A stretch of 63,572 bases of DNA, counting the filler. It is 9 parts of 9 records of this genome, joined end to end, with 100 filler letters (N's around TTAATTAATTAA, not from the genome) between each part and the next. Parts side by side here need not be neighbours in the genome. Positions count along the whole stretch, not along the records: positions 19,761 to 35,615 come from SRR31156797_96574; 8 more parts are not named here. One strand, written 5' to 3'. Below, one piece after another: positions 19,761 to 29,516 of the stretch. Position 1 is the stretch's first letter. The number at the start of each line of letters is the position of its first letter. Made by a program: the position numbers and the translations under genes. A model generated the notes under the pieces. That model saw nothing but the letters and a program-made list of their open reading frames with translations, had not been told where the DNA came from and searched no databases.

Positions 19761-19805
19761 GTCAATATATCAAGAACGTCCCCATTTTCCTCATTTTCTC
19801 TGGTT

Positions 19806-21212
19806 CTAAGAAAATGGCAGGGATCTAAAAAAAAGATCCCAATTCCCAGAAAAATAACGGTTAATACTTTCGAAAACCAGCATAATATTCATAATAAGCA
19901 GACACCCTAGCATCAGAATGCGGGGCCAAAAAATTTTATGAAAAACAAGAATCGCCAAGCCTAAAGCTGCCGGATGCCAATATCTACCCTGGATAACAAA
20001 TCCTGACTTACTAAGACTAACAAACTCACCGGCAAGGATTCCTCCAATATAAAGAATTAAGAAAAACAGGAAGAAAAACACAACCGCATTCCCCTTATCT
20101 TTATAAAATCCAATAAGGGCTGCGATAAAATTAACAATAACAAGCACAAAAAGAAGCTGATAATAAATTCCAGGGAGCCCATAATCCAGCCACCCCAATT
20201 GCCCCCAATACTGATACCAAAAATTTGGTATTCGCTCAGGTAAAAGCTTAAGGTACTCAGCTAAGGTCATATAAACAGGAGAACCTGTAAAATACATAGG
20301 TAACCAATAGTAATAAGCGCCATAGAGCACAAGAAACGGAAGTACTAAAAAGAGACTTCCCCTTTTAACTAGCTCCAGAAAAGATATTTTTCTAAATATG
20401 CAGAGCATTAACAGCATGGCGCCGAAAGCCGGAAAAGCCACTAGCGCTGCTGGTTTACAAAGACCCGTTAATATAAATAGCAATATGGGCACTACATAAT
20501 TTTTTCCATATTTACAGGTTTCAGATCCATAAAGGAGCAGCAATCCTGTTAACGGAACAAATATAGCATCCGGATTAACCGATGAGGCGATAAAAGCCAT
20601 CATGGGATTAAGAAGCAGAAAAAAGTATACCCATTTACTATATTGATTCAATTCACTGAATTTAATTTTCTGATAGAACAAAACCCATAGAAAAGCAGCC
20701 ATAATAACGCTTATCAATCTATAAGCATAAAAACTTTCATATGGATTAAGAGTGAATATATGTGTAAAAAAATATCCTCCGAACCCGACAAACCAGTAAT
20801 AAAGAGGAGGATATGAATAAGCAGTGGTTGCCTTTCGAAAATTTTTATCAACGTACCATTTATGGCTCTTCATCTTTTCTATATTTCTGCGCGTTAACTG
20901 TATTTTCGGATGAAAAGGTATTTTATGAATTTTTTGATATTCAAGGAGTAGGTTATAATATTTACCTGAAATACTTAATTCAGACCCTTCTGGGATCCAA
21001 GGGTTTTCAAAAATACTATAAACCTTAACAGCATGAGAAAACTCATCTGGACTCTGCCCGATAGGCTTTACTACTGACCACGCTAGCAAATAGAGAAAAG
21101 TTACAATAAAAACTAAAAATACTTTCACCAACTCATCAGAAAAATATAAACACCTAAAGGCTCCGGCAGGCCCTGCCTTTCCATTTTCTTTCAATGGAAT
21201 CCCTGTTGCCAT
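19806..21212 (-). CDS. DUF2142-like polytopic membrane protein (GT-C/PMT-like glycosyltransferase candidate)
   Basis: PDEFSH after TM1, YPPLYYW, SSVNPDA, WGQLGWLD, IQGRYW; many TMs; AT-rich relative to neighbours. Start chosen at the ATG with a GGAGTAGGG RBS. Confidence 0.75.
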   Translation of the reverse strand: MATGIPLKENGKAGPAGAFRCLYFSDELVKVFLVFIVTFLYLLAWSVVKPIGQSPDEFSHAVKVYSIFENPWIPEGSELSISGKYYNLLLEYQKIHKIPFHPKIQLTRRNIEKMKSHKWYVDKNFRKATTAYSYPPLYYWFVGFGGYFFTHIFTLNPYESFYAYRLISVIMAAFLWVLFYQKIKFSELNQYSKWVYFFLLLNPMMAFIASSVNPDAIFVPLTGLLLLYGSETCKYGKNYVVPILLFILTGLCKPAALVAFPAFGAMLLMLCIFRKISFLELVKRGSLFLVLPFLVLYGAYYYWLPMYFTGSPVYMTLAEYLKLLPERIPNFWYQYWGQLGWLDYGLPGIYYQLLFVLVIVNFIAALIGFYKDKGNAVVFFFLFFLILYIGGILAGEFVSLSKSGFVIQGRYWHPAALGLAILVFHKIFWPRILMLGCLLIMNIMLVFESINRYFSGNWDLFFRSLPFS

Positions 21213-21520
21213 CCCTACTCCAGCTCCTTTGATTCGTGTAAGGACTATTAATATATTTGACCAAGAGAAGTTGCCATCCTCTCCTCTTTGATATAATCCG
21301 GGTGGTTCAGGACCCCATGGGTTTGGGGGGAGCGGAACAAGCAGGTTTTGATGGGATGCTCCATATGAAAACCTCCGGCGAGATGTCACGGGTTTGTATG
21401 GATAAAAGAGCTATGTTTCAGGGATAATATTGGAACCGGAAAGAATTTCAAGGAAAATCACTTATGGAATGGGGATCTGTTGAGGCCCCCCGGTCAAGCC
21501 GGGACCCGATTTATTAAGCA

Positions 21521-23077
21521 TTACGCCCCAAAGAAATCGGTGATGGCGAATGTCAGGGCTTCAATGGTGTAATGGGATGGCATCAGGTCCACGGAGAAGC
21601 CCTGTTCCCTGGCCGTATCCGCCGTGATGGGTCCGATGCAGGCCACTTTTACCCGTTTCATCCATTCATCCGTCAACCGCCCTTTCTCGGAACCGAACAT
21701 GTTGACAAAATTGGTGACCGTGGAGGAACTGGTGAAGGTGACCATATGAATAATTCCTTTTTCCAGCATGTCCCGAACGCCTTGGGTATCGTCCGTTGGA
21801 CTGACGGTTTTGTAAGCGTCCACCACGTCTACCCGGGCCCCCATCTTTCGCAATTGGTCGGGCAGGATCTCCCTGGCCTTGGCGGCCCTCGGGATGAGGA
21901 TGCGAACCCCTCGGGTGTCCCATTTTTTGAAGGATTCCACCACCGCTTCGGCCCGGTATTCATGGGGAATGAGATCCGGCTTGATCCCCAGTTGATGCCA
22001 CTGGTCGGCGGTCTTGGGTCCGATGGCGCCGATCTTGATCCCTTTGAGATCCCGAACATCTTTTCCTATGAAATGAAGCCTTTGGAGGAAATATTTTACG
22101 CCGTTGACGGATGTGAACAACAGCCATTGGTACGATTTCAGATTTGAAATGGCCGTGTCCAACGGCTCCCAGCTGTCGGGCGCAATGATTTCGATGGTGG
22201 GAAACTGGATGCAATCCGCACCCAGAGAAGAAAGTTCCTGAAGGAATCCACTGGCCTGTTGCCTGGCCCGGGTCACCACGATCCGTTTGCCGAAAAGGGG
22301 TTTGGTCTCGAACCAGTTCAATTCATCCCGCAACCCCACCACATCACCCACGATAATGATGGCCGGTGGGCGCAACTTTGCGTTTTCCACCCGTTCCGCG
22401 ATGTTTTCAAGGTTGCCGGAGATGGTCTTCTGTTCCGCCACCGTGCCGCGCCGGATGACCGCCACCGGGGTATCCGGGTTTCTGCCGTGCCGCATGAGGT
22501 TAAGGGCGATTTTCTTCAAGTTGCCCACGCCCATGAGAAACACAAGGGTTCCCACGCCCGTGGCCAGTTTGTCCCAGTGAATGTTCGATTCTTCCTTGAG
22601 AGGGTCTTCATGGCCGGTGACAAAGGCCACCGTGGCGGTGTGATCCCGATGCGTCAGGGGAATTCCGGCGTACGCCGGGACCGATATGGCCGATGTGATG
22701 CCCGGCACCACCTCGAAGGGCACTCCGTCCGCCACCAGCTCCTGGGCCTCTTCCCCCCCTCTGCCGAAAATAAAGGGGTCCCCACCCTTGAGGCGGGCAA
22801 CGCTTTTCCCTGTTTGGGATGTTTCAACGATGAGCCGGTTGATCTGCTCCTGTCCCATGGTGTGGTCCCCGCCCTTTTTCCCCACATAGATCAACTCAGC
22901 CCCGGGTTTTGCGTATTCAAGGAAGATTTTGTTGGCCAGATAGTCGTAAATGATCACATCCGCCTTACAAAGGATCTCCTTCCCCTTGAGGGTCAATAAC
23001 CCCGGATCTCCGGGCCCGGCCCCGATCAGATATACTTTTCCCGGTTTTACATTCTGCCCGTCCATCGGATTCCCCAT
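21521..23077 (-). CDS. cobA: Uroporphyrinogen-III C-methyltransferase / uroporphyrinogen-III synthase fusion (CobA-HemD)
   Basis: [31 protein letters not shown], then HemD domain (IVVTRA, FTSVNGV, FTSSSTV, CIGPITA). Confidence 0.95.
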   Translation of the reverse strand: MGNPMDGQNVKPGKVYLIGAGPGDPGLLTLKGKEILCKADVIIYDYLANKIFLEYAKPGAELIYVGKKGGDHTMGQEQINRLIVETSQTGKSVARLKGGDPFIFGRGGEEAQELVADGVPFEVVPGITSAISVPAYAGIPLTHRDHTATVAFVTGHEDPLKEESNIHWDKLATGVGTLVFLMGVGNLKKIALNLMRHGRNPDTPVAVIRRGTVAEQKTISGNLENIAERVENAKLRPPAIIIVGDVVGLRDELNWFETKPLFGKRIVVTRARQQASGFLQELSSLGADCIQFPTIEIIAPDSWEPLDTAISNLKSYQWLLFTSVNGVKYFLQRLHFIGKDVRDLKGIKIGAIGPKTADQWHQLGIKPDLIPHEYRAEAVVESFKKWDTRGVRILIPRAAKAREILPDQLRKMGARVDVVDAYKTVSPTDDTQGVRDMLEKGIIHMVTFTSSSTVTNFVNMFGSEKGRLTDEWMKRVKVACIGPITADTAREQGFSVDLMPSHYTIEALTFAITDFFGA

Positions 23078-23085
23078 TATTAAAC

Positions 23086-24006
23086 CTACCCTTCATAGAG
23101 CCGTTTCAGGACATCTCCGCCGCCCGAGGCCAATAGCCTTTTGGCGACCCGGATGCCCATTTGTTCCGCCTGATCCCGCGTGCCGGTCTCGGTTTCCTTG
23201 AAAATCTTCGACCCGTCAAGCTCCGCCACCAACCCTTCAAAGGAGAGGGTCTCCCCGTTGATGCGGGCAAAACCGGCGATGGGTACCTGGCAACCCCCTT
23301 CAAGGGTTTTCAGGAAAGCCCTTTCAGCGGCCACGGCGGTCCCGGTATCTTCATGGTTCAAAAAATCGAGCAGATGAATGGTCTTTTGATCCCCGCGTCT
23401 CACTTCAAGCCCCAGGGCCCCCTGGCCCACGGCCGGCAGCAGTTGGCGAAAGGGGATGGTATGGGTGATCAGCTTGGAAAGCCCCAGACGGTTGAGACCG
23501 GCCGCAGCCAGTATAATGGCATGAAGATCCCCTGATTTCAGCCTGTTAATTCGCGTGTCCACGTTCCCCCGGAGGGAAACCAGTGTCAGGTCCGGGCGTA
23601 AATGAAGCAGTTGGGCGCCACGTCTTAAGCTGCTGGTTCCCACCCTGGCGCCTTTGGGCAATTGATCCAGACTGCACTCTCCTTCGGAAATGAGAGCGTC
23701 CGAAGGATCTTCCCGCCGTGGGAAAGTGGAGAGCATCAGGTCTTCGGGCAACTGTGCGGGCACGTCTTTCATGCTGTGAACCGCCACATCGACCCTGGAT
23801 TCCAGGAGTGCCTCTTCAATCTCTTTCACAAAAAGGCCTTTGCCGCCGATTTTGCTCAACGGCACGTCAAGGATTTTATCGCCCGTTGTTTTGATCTTTA
23901 CCAGCTCAACGCGGATGCCGGAATGGTGTTTCTCCAACTGTTCCTTGATCCATTCGCTCTGTGTGAGGGCCAGTTTGCTGCCCCGGGTGCCGATTCTGAT
24001 GTCCAT
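23086..24006 (-). CDS. hemC: Hydroxymethylbilane synthase
   Basis: IGTRGSKLALTQ, GGKGLFVKE, AVHSMKD, GTSSLRR, LEGGCQVP. Confidence 0.97.
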   Translation of the reverse strand: MDIRIGTRGSKLALTQSEWIKEQLEKHHSGIRVELVKIKTTGDKILDVPLSKIGGKGLFVKEIEEALLESRVDVAVHSMKDVPAQLPEDLMLSTFPRREDPSDALISEGECSLDQLPKGARVGTSSLRRGAQLLHLRPDLTLVSLRGNVDTRINRLKSGDLHAIILAAAGLNRLGLSKLITHTIPFRQLLPAVGQGALGLEVRRGDQKTIHLLDFLNHEDTGTAVAAERAFLKTLEGGCQVPIAGFARINGETLSFEGLVAELDGSKIFKETETGTRDQAEQMGIRVAKRLLASGGGDVLKRLYEG

Positions 24007-24025
24007 GGTTATTTCACCAAAAGGA

Positions 24026-24718
24026 TTATTTTAAACGCAACAGATATTGGGCCAGTGCCAGGTCATGGGGAGTGGTCACCTTGATGTTTTCCTCCGCCCC
24101 CGGTACCACCCTGACCGGTATGCCCAGTTTTTCAACCAGAAAGGCGTCATCGGTGGCTTCCGTCAACCCGTTTTTCAAGGCCTCCCGGTGGGCTTTCAGG
24201 ATGTCTTCATAACGAAAGGCCTGAGGGGTCTGAACCAGCCATACCTTGGTCCGGTCATAGGTGGCAATCACCTCATAATGGTCGTTGACCCATTTGACCG
24301 TTTCTTTGGCGGGAAGGGCCGAAATGGCGGCGCCATGGGTTAAGGCGGTCCGGATGACTTTTTCCACCAGGTCCGGTTCGACCATGGGACGGACCCCATC
24401 GTGAATTAAAACGAGATCATACCGGCCGTTTAAGGCTTCAAGGCCCATTCGGACCGAGTCCTGTCTCAGTTTACCCCCCGGCACCACGTTTACGACCTTG
24501 AAAATACCGAATTTTTCAACGATTTCCTTTTGGCAGTAATTCACATCTTTTGATGGTACCACCAGCACGATGGCATCCAACAGGGTGCACTTCTGCAGCG
24601 CTTCCAGGGTTACCGCCAGGATGGGTCGGTCTTCCAGATGAAGGTACTGTTTGGCGCGATCTCCGCCCATCCGGACCCCGGCACCGGCAGCGGGTACGAT
24701 TGCCACGGTCTTAGACAA
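24026..24718 (-). CDS. ispD: 2-C-methyl-D-erythritol 4-phosphate cytidylyltransferase
   Basis: PAAGAGVRM..KQY, RQDSV, IHDGVRP, QTPQAF, TDDA, NIKVTTPHDL; TTG start with GAGGGA RBS. Confidence 0.95.
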   Translation of the reverse strand: MSKTVAIVPAAGAGVRMGGDRAKQYLHLEDRPILAVTLEALQKCTLLDAIVLVVPSKDVNYCQKEIVEKFGIFKVVNVVPGGKLRQDSVRMGLEALNGRYDLVLIHDGVRPMVEPDLVEKVIRTALTHGAAISALPAKETVKWVNDHYEVIATYDRTKVWLVQTPQAFRYEDILKAHREALKNGLTEATDDAFLVEKLGIPVRVVPGAEENIKVTTPHDLALAQYLLRLK

Positions 24719-24730
24719 ATTCTTCCCTCG

Positions 24731-24774
24731 AAAAAATAAAAGCAGACAGGGGGCCCGAAAGCCCCCATGCCTGC
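24731..24774 (-). terminator. Probable terminator/attenuator between the Rho-N-like gene and ispD
   Basis: Imperfect stem GCAG..GGGGGC-CCGAAA-GCCCCC..CTGC with AAAAATAAAA on its left (U tail on the minus strand). Confidence 0.55.
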
Positions 24775-24790
24775 CCATTAAAAGTGAAGC

Positions 24791-25168
24791 TCACACTTGA
24801 GCGGCTTTTCGGGTCTGCTTTTTCAGGCGATTGATGCGGCGGCGAAGAACATTGATCTGTTTGGCATCTCCGGTTTTCCGGACCTCTCCTTTATCGCTCC
24901 TCAATTGGATAATTTTGGCTTTCAACTCTTTGACGGTGGCCTTTGGTACGACTTTCTTGACCTTTTTCTTTTTATCAACAACCTCTTCTTCAAGGCCGTA
25001 ATATCCTCTGATGCTGGAAAGCAAGTCGGCTTTCTGCATGGCGGTTACCCCGACGGCCCCGGGAATCTCCATGGCCACCTCTTTTAACTCCACCGCCGTC
25101 ATTTTAACCAGGGGTTTCTTGAATTCGGGTGCCTTTGGTTTGGTTTCTTCTTTAATCTCTTCTGCCAT
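24791..25168 (-). CDS. Small basic protein with Rho-N-terminal-like helix motif
   Basis: LVKMTAVELKEVAMEI..VTAMQKADLL motif; Lys-rich; C-terminal coiled coil; AGGAGA RBS. Confidence 0.7.
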   Translation of the reverse strand: MAEEIKEETKPKAPEFKKPLVKMTAVELKEVAMEIPGAVGVTAMQKADLLSSIRGYYGLEEEVVDKKKKVKKVVPKATVKELKAKIIQLRSDKGEVRKTGDAKQINVLRRRINRLKKQTRKAAQV

Positions 25169-25264
25169 TTTCCTGTTCTCCTAAGTTTATATGATATGGT
25201 GAGCTCTTTTACGCTGGATGACGGACCCTTTTAGCACATCCGGCCTGAAAAATGCAATATGCCA

Positions 25265-26014
25265 TCACCCTTTTTCCGCCCCTTTCTTGATAAAGTGCGA
25301 CAAGAGGTCGATGGGGATGGGAAACAGGGTGGTGGAATTGTTTTCCGCGGATATCTCTTTTACGGTTTGCAGGTATCTCAATTGAAGGGCCTCGGGGTAT
25401 TTCTGAATAATGCCCGCTGCATCCGCCAGCCGGTTGGCGGCCTGGAATTCCCCTTCCGCGTTGATAACCTTGGCCCGCCGTTCCCGCTCGGCTTCAGCCT
25501 GCCTGGCCATGGCCCGCTGCATCTCCTGGGGAAGGTCGATGTGTTTGACTTCCACGGTGGAGACCTTGATGCCCCAGGGATCCGTGTGTTTGTCCAGGAT
25601 GTTCTGAAGCTGGGTGTTGATTTTATCCCGCTCCGCCAGAAGTTCGTCCAGTTCCACCTGGCCGCATACGCTTCGAAGGGTGGTTTGTGCCAGCTGTGAC
25701 GTGGCGAAAAGATAGTTTTCCACCTCAACCGTGGCGTTGTTGGGATCCATGACCCGGAAGTAGACCACTGCGTTCACCTTGACGGAGACATTGTCCCGGG
25801 TGATCACGTCCTGACTGGGCACGTCCATGGCCACCAGCCGAAGGCTGACCTTGACCATCTTGTCAATGACGGGAATCAGGATAATCAGGCCGGGACCCTT
25901 GGTTTTGATCAAGCGGCCGAGCCGGAAGATGACACCCCGTTCATATTCTTTCAGAATCCGGATGGCGCTTGCCAGAAAGAGTCCCAGGAATACCGCTGCC
26001 AGAATATAGAACAT
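25265..26014 (-). CDS. SPFH/stomatin-like (slipin) protein
   Basis: [54 protein letters not shown]. Confidence 0.95.
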   Translation of the reverse strand: MFYILAAVFLGLFLASAIRILKEYERGVIFRLGRLIKTKGPGLIILIPVIDKMVKVSLRLVAMDVPSQDVITRDNVSVKVNAVVYFRVMDPNNATVEVENYLFATSQLAQTTLRSVCGQVELDELLAERDKINTQLQNILDKHTDPWGIKVSTVEVKHIDLPQEMQRAMARQAEAERERRAKVINAEGEFQAANRLADAAGIIQKYPEALQLRYLQTVKEISAENNSTTLFPIPIDLLSHFIKKGAEKG

Positions 26015-26037
26015 GATTTTACTCCTATATTATAAGG

Positions 26038-27354
26038 TTAAGGGTTCCGCTCCGGTACTTTTCGCACATTCAGGAGCAGGCCGTTGATACCGATGACTTC
26101 AACCATTTCATGGGGTTCAATCCGCTCTTCTGAAAAAGCCCGCCAGGTCTCACCATGCACAAATACCAGACCTTCAGGTGCAATCAATTCCTTGACCACA
26201 CCGGTCTCTCCCACAATGCCCTCCGCCCCACCCGTGGGCTTTCTGCGAAGTGCCCGAAACGCCACACCCGCAACCAGGACGAAAAAGCCGCCCACCAGAA
26301 CGATTGTGGGGAGCATGAGCTTAAGTGAGACCCGCATGTTTTCAAAGAGCATGAGGGAGCCCAGGGTCAGGGCGATCAACCCCCCGATGGACAAAATACC
26401 ATAACTTGTCACTTTCACTTCCGCAACGAAAAAGATGATGGCCAGAAGGATCAGAACAACGCCTGCGTAGTTTACGGGGAGGGTTTGAAAAGAGAAAAAG
26501 GCCAGAATCAAACTGATGGCGCCGATGACCCCCGGGAAAATAGCGCCCGGGTGGGACAATTCAAAGTAGAGGCCCGCCAAACCGATCATCATGAGGATGT
26601 AGGCGATGTTGGGGTCGCTGATGATTTTCAGGATCTTGTCCCGTAAATCCGGTCTGTAATGGATTTTTTTGAGCCCCGCGGTCTTGAGGGTGCTCTTTCC
26701 CGAAGGGAGATCGATGACCCGGCCGTCGAGTGATTTGAGAAGATCGTCCATGTCGTCCACCACCAGGTCCACCACTTTCTTGTCCTTGGCTTCTTCGGCG
26801 GTAATGGAGACGCTCTCCCGTATGGACTTTTCCACCCACCGGCCGTTTCTCCCTTTTTGTTCGGCAATGCCCCGGGCATAGGAGGCCATGTCGTTGACCA
26901 CCTTTTCACTCATGGTGCCCCCCATGTCCTTGCCGCCGGCACCGACCGGATGGGCCGCGCCGATGTTGGTGCCCCGGGCCATGGCGGCCACATGCCCCGC
27001 CACGGTGATCATGACGCCGGCGGATGCGGCCCCCGCGCCGCGCGGTCCCACGTAAACCACCACGGGAACGGGAGAATTCAATATGGCTTTCACAATGGTG
27101 CGCATGGATGAAGCCAGGCCCCCGGGGGTATCCATTTGAATAATGGCCAGGGCCGCCCCCCGGTCCTTTGCCCTTTTAAGACCGCGCGCCACGAATTCGG
27201 CCGTTGCGGGGTTGATGGAGCCTTCCAGTTCGATGATGAAGACCGATTCCGGGTCGGAATTTTCACAAAATGCGGCGGAAACGGGTAAAATGAGAAAAAA
27301 GAGCCATGCGAAAAGCAAAAAAGATGCCGGTTTTATGATGGATGCTTTGGCCAT
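26038..27354 (-). CDS. nfeD: NfeD (long form, ClpP-like serine protease domain)
   Basis: DTPGG, AASAG, IGAAHPV, TM region, C-terminal OB-fold (GLVFVHGETWRA); adjacent to the SPFH gene. Confidence 0.93.
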   Translation of the reverse strand: MAKASIIKPASFLLFAWLFFLILPVSAAFCENSDPESVFIIELEGSINPATAEFVARGLKRAKDRGAALAIIQMDTPGGLASSMRTIVKAILNSPVPVVVYVGPRGAGAASAGVMITVAGHVAAMARGTNIGAAHPVGAGGKDMGGTMSEKVVNDMASYARGIAEQKGRNGRWVEKSIRESVSITAEEAKDKKVVDLVVDDMDDLLKSLDGRVIDLPSGKSTLKTAGLKKIHYRPDLRDKILKIISDPNIAYILMMIGLAGLYFELSHPGAIFPGVIGAISLILAFFSFQTLPVNYAGVVLILLAIIFFVAEVKVTSYGILSIGGLIALTLGSLMLFENMRVSLKLMLPTIVLVGGFFVLVAGVAFRALRRKPTGGAEGIVGETGVVKELIAPEGLVFVHGETWRAFSEERIEPHEMVEVIGINGLLLNVRKVPERNP

Positions 27355-27355
27355 T

Positions 27356-28153
27356 TTATTTCACCTCCAGCCCCAGTTTGCCCATGATGCTTTTCACATC
27401 GTCCCACACCGGCCGTTTGGCGGACGCATTTCTCAGGAGGTAGGCCGGATGAAAGGTGGGCATGAGGGGGATCCCCTCGTAGGTGCGCCACTGCCCCCTA
27501 TGACGGGTGATCGTGAAATCGCCTCCCAAAAGGGCCTGGCAGGCGACGCGACCCAGGGCGCAGATGACGTGGGGCCCGATGATTCTGAGTTGCGCTTTAA
27601 GGAAGGGGAGGCAGACCCCGATTTCTTCGGGGTTGGGGTCGCGGTTCCCCGGGGGGCGGCATTTCACCACATTGCAGATGTAGACCGATTCCCGGGTGAG
27701 TCCCATGCCCTTTTCAATAATCCGGGTGAGCAATTGTCCCGATTTTCCAACAAAAGGCCTTCCTTCACGGTCTTCATCGAACCCTGGTCCCTCTCCCACA
27801 AAGACGAGCCTTGCCTTTGGGTTCCCTTCTCCGAAAACCATGGTGTTCCTCCCCTTGTGAAGGTCGCACCGCCGGCAGTCACCCATATGTTTCCTGAGAT
27901 CTTCCAGCGAATCGAAGGGTGGTGAAGGGTCCCTGATGGTTTCGGTTTCCGGGGCCGGGATTGTGGGGGCCGCATCCTCCGGGGGCTTTGATTGCTTGGT
28001 GGGAGAAGGGCCGGGTTTTTTTGAAGCCGGTTTATCCATGAAATCGAGGGCGCCTACGGGGAGCATGGGCGGTTCAAGTCCCATCTCTTCACAGGCTGAG
28101 ATCAACCGTTTGGTTTGAAAAAAGATCTCTTTAAGTTCTTTGCGGTTGTTCAA
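27356..28153 (-). CDS. Uracil-DNA glycosylase family 4 (Fe-S)
   Basis: CRRC.L, VFGEG, GEGPG, PFVG, NVVKCRPP.NR.P, PTFHPAYLLR. Confidence 0.95.
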   Translation of the reverse strand: MNNRKELKEIFFQTKRLISACEEMGLEPPMLPVGALDFMDKPASKKPGPSPTKQSKPPEDAAPTIPAPETETIRDPSPPFDSLEDLRKHMGDCRRCDLHKGRNTMVFGEGNPKARLVFVGEGPGFDEDREGRPFVGKSGQLLTRIIEKGMGLTRESVYICNVVKCRPPGNRDPNPEEIGVCLPFLKAQLRIIGPHVICALGRVACQALLGGDFTITRHRGQWRTYEGIPLMPTFHPAYLLRNASAKRPVWDDVKSIMGKLGLEVK

Positions 28154-29349
28154 GGGTTTTCATCCTTCAGCGCTTTGGCCCTGTCCAGGATCAGGTGCGC
28201 CACATCGATCTTTCCCATGAGCGGCGAATCCTCCACACGACCGTCGGCATAGATGATTTTGACCGCGTTGGTATCCGTTTGAAATCCCGCGTCTTTTCGG
28301 GAAACATCGTTTGCCACGATCATGTCCAGGTTTTTGGCGGTAATCTTTTTTTGTGCGTTTTTAAGAAGATCTTCGGTTTCCGCTGCAAACCCCACCAGTA
28401 CGCAGGGGTGGTCCCTTTTCGTTTCTCCCAGCAAGGCCAGTATGTCCGGGTTCTTGACCATGTGAAGGGAAAGGGAATCCGCCCCCTTCTTGACCTTCCG
28501 GTCGGCTGTTTCCCTTGGCCGGTAATCGGAAACGGCCGCGGCCTTGATGATCATATGGCACCCCTTTCGATGCTCAAAAACGGCCTGCCGCATGTCTTCG
28601 GCCGTTTTGACGGGGCAGAAGGCGATGCCGGGGGGCGGTTTTATATTGGTGGGGCCGCTGATGAGAACCACTTCCGCGCCCCTTCGAAGGGCGGCTCGGG
28701 CCAGGGCGTACCCCATTTTCCCGGACGACCGGTTGGTGATGTATCTCACCGGATCAATATACTCCGTTGTGGGACCGGCGGTCACCAGGATTTTGAAGCC
28801 CTCAAGATCCCGCTCCGACAGGAGGGCCAGGGCCTGCTCCAGGATATGGGCAGGGTCGGGCAGCCTTCCGGGTCCGTCGCTGCCGCAGGCCAGTTCACCC
28901 CTTCCGGGCGCCATGATGAAAAAACCTCTTTTTTGAAGGATATCCAGGTTTTCCCGGACTGCCGGGTTCAGGAGCATGCGGTCGTTCATGGCCGGGCAGA
29001 GGAGGGTCTTGGCGGTGGCGGCCAGCATGCAGGTGGAGAGAAAATCATCACCGATGCCGTGGGCCATCTTTCCGATGATGTTGGCGGTGGCGGGGGCAAT
29101 GATGATGAGATCCGCTTCCTGGCCGCAACGGATATGGTCCATGGGGGTCTCATCCCGTCCGAACATGCGGGTAATCACTTTGTTTCCGGAAAGGGTTTCA
29201 AAGGTGAGCGGGGTCACGAACCATGTGGCACTTTCGGTCATGGCCACTTCCACCTGAAGATCCGCCTTGATCAGAAGTCGCACCAGTTCAGCTGATTTAT
29301 AGGCGGCGATCCCACCGGTAATCCCCACCAGGATTTGTTTTCCTTTCAC
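28150..29349 (-). CDS. coaBC: Bifunctional phosphopantothenoylcysteine decarboxylase/ligase
   Basis: GITGGIAAYKS, APATAN, PAMN, LACG, VTAGPT.E.IDPVRYITNRSSGKMG, GFAAET. Confidence 0.97.
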   Translation of the reverse strand: MKGKQILVGITGGIAAYKSAELVRLLIKADLQVEVAMTESATWFVTPLTFETLSGNKVITRMFGRDETPMDHIRCGQEADLIIIAPATANIIGKMAHGIGDDFLSTCMLAATAKTLLCPAMNDRMLLNPAVRENLDILQKRGFFIMAPGRGELACGSDGPGRLPDPAHILEQALALLSERDLEGFKILVTAGPTTEYIDPVRYITNRSSGKMGYALARAALRRGAEVVLISGPTNIKPPPGIAFCPVKTAEDMRQAVFEHRKGCHMIIKAAAVSDYRPRETADRKVKKGADSLSLHMVKNPDILALLGETKRDHPCVLVGFAAETEDLLKNAQKKITAKNLDMIVANDVSRKDAGFQTDTNAVKIIYADGRVEDSPLMGKIDVAHLILDRAKALKDENP

Positions 29350-29516
29350 GGGTTCTCCTTAATTTCAAAAGGTTTCAACAGTGTATGATGAAAATCAGTT
29401 TAAAAGAGTGGGGGCCGGGTGTCAAGGTGTAGCGCATTTTATCGGATAAAGGCGGGAACGATTTTTATTGGAAGTATCGGCACCCATTCCCCGTGGCGTT
29501 ATGGATGCCGGGGCCC

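Noticed and set aside
25265..27354. NfeD-SPFH pair as a novel system
   Set aside because: A well-documented conserved operon.
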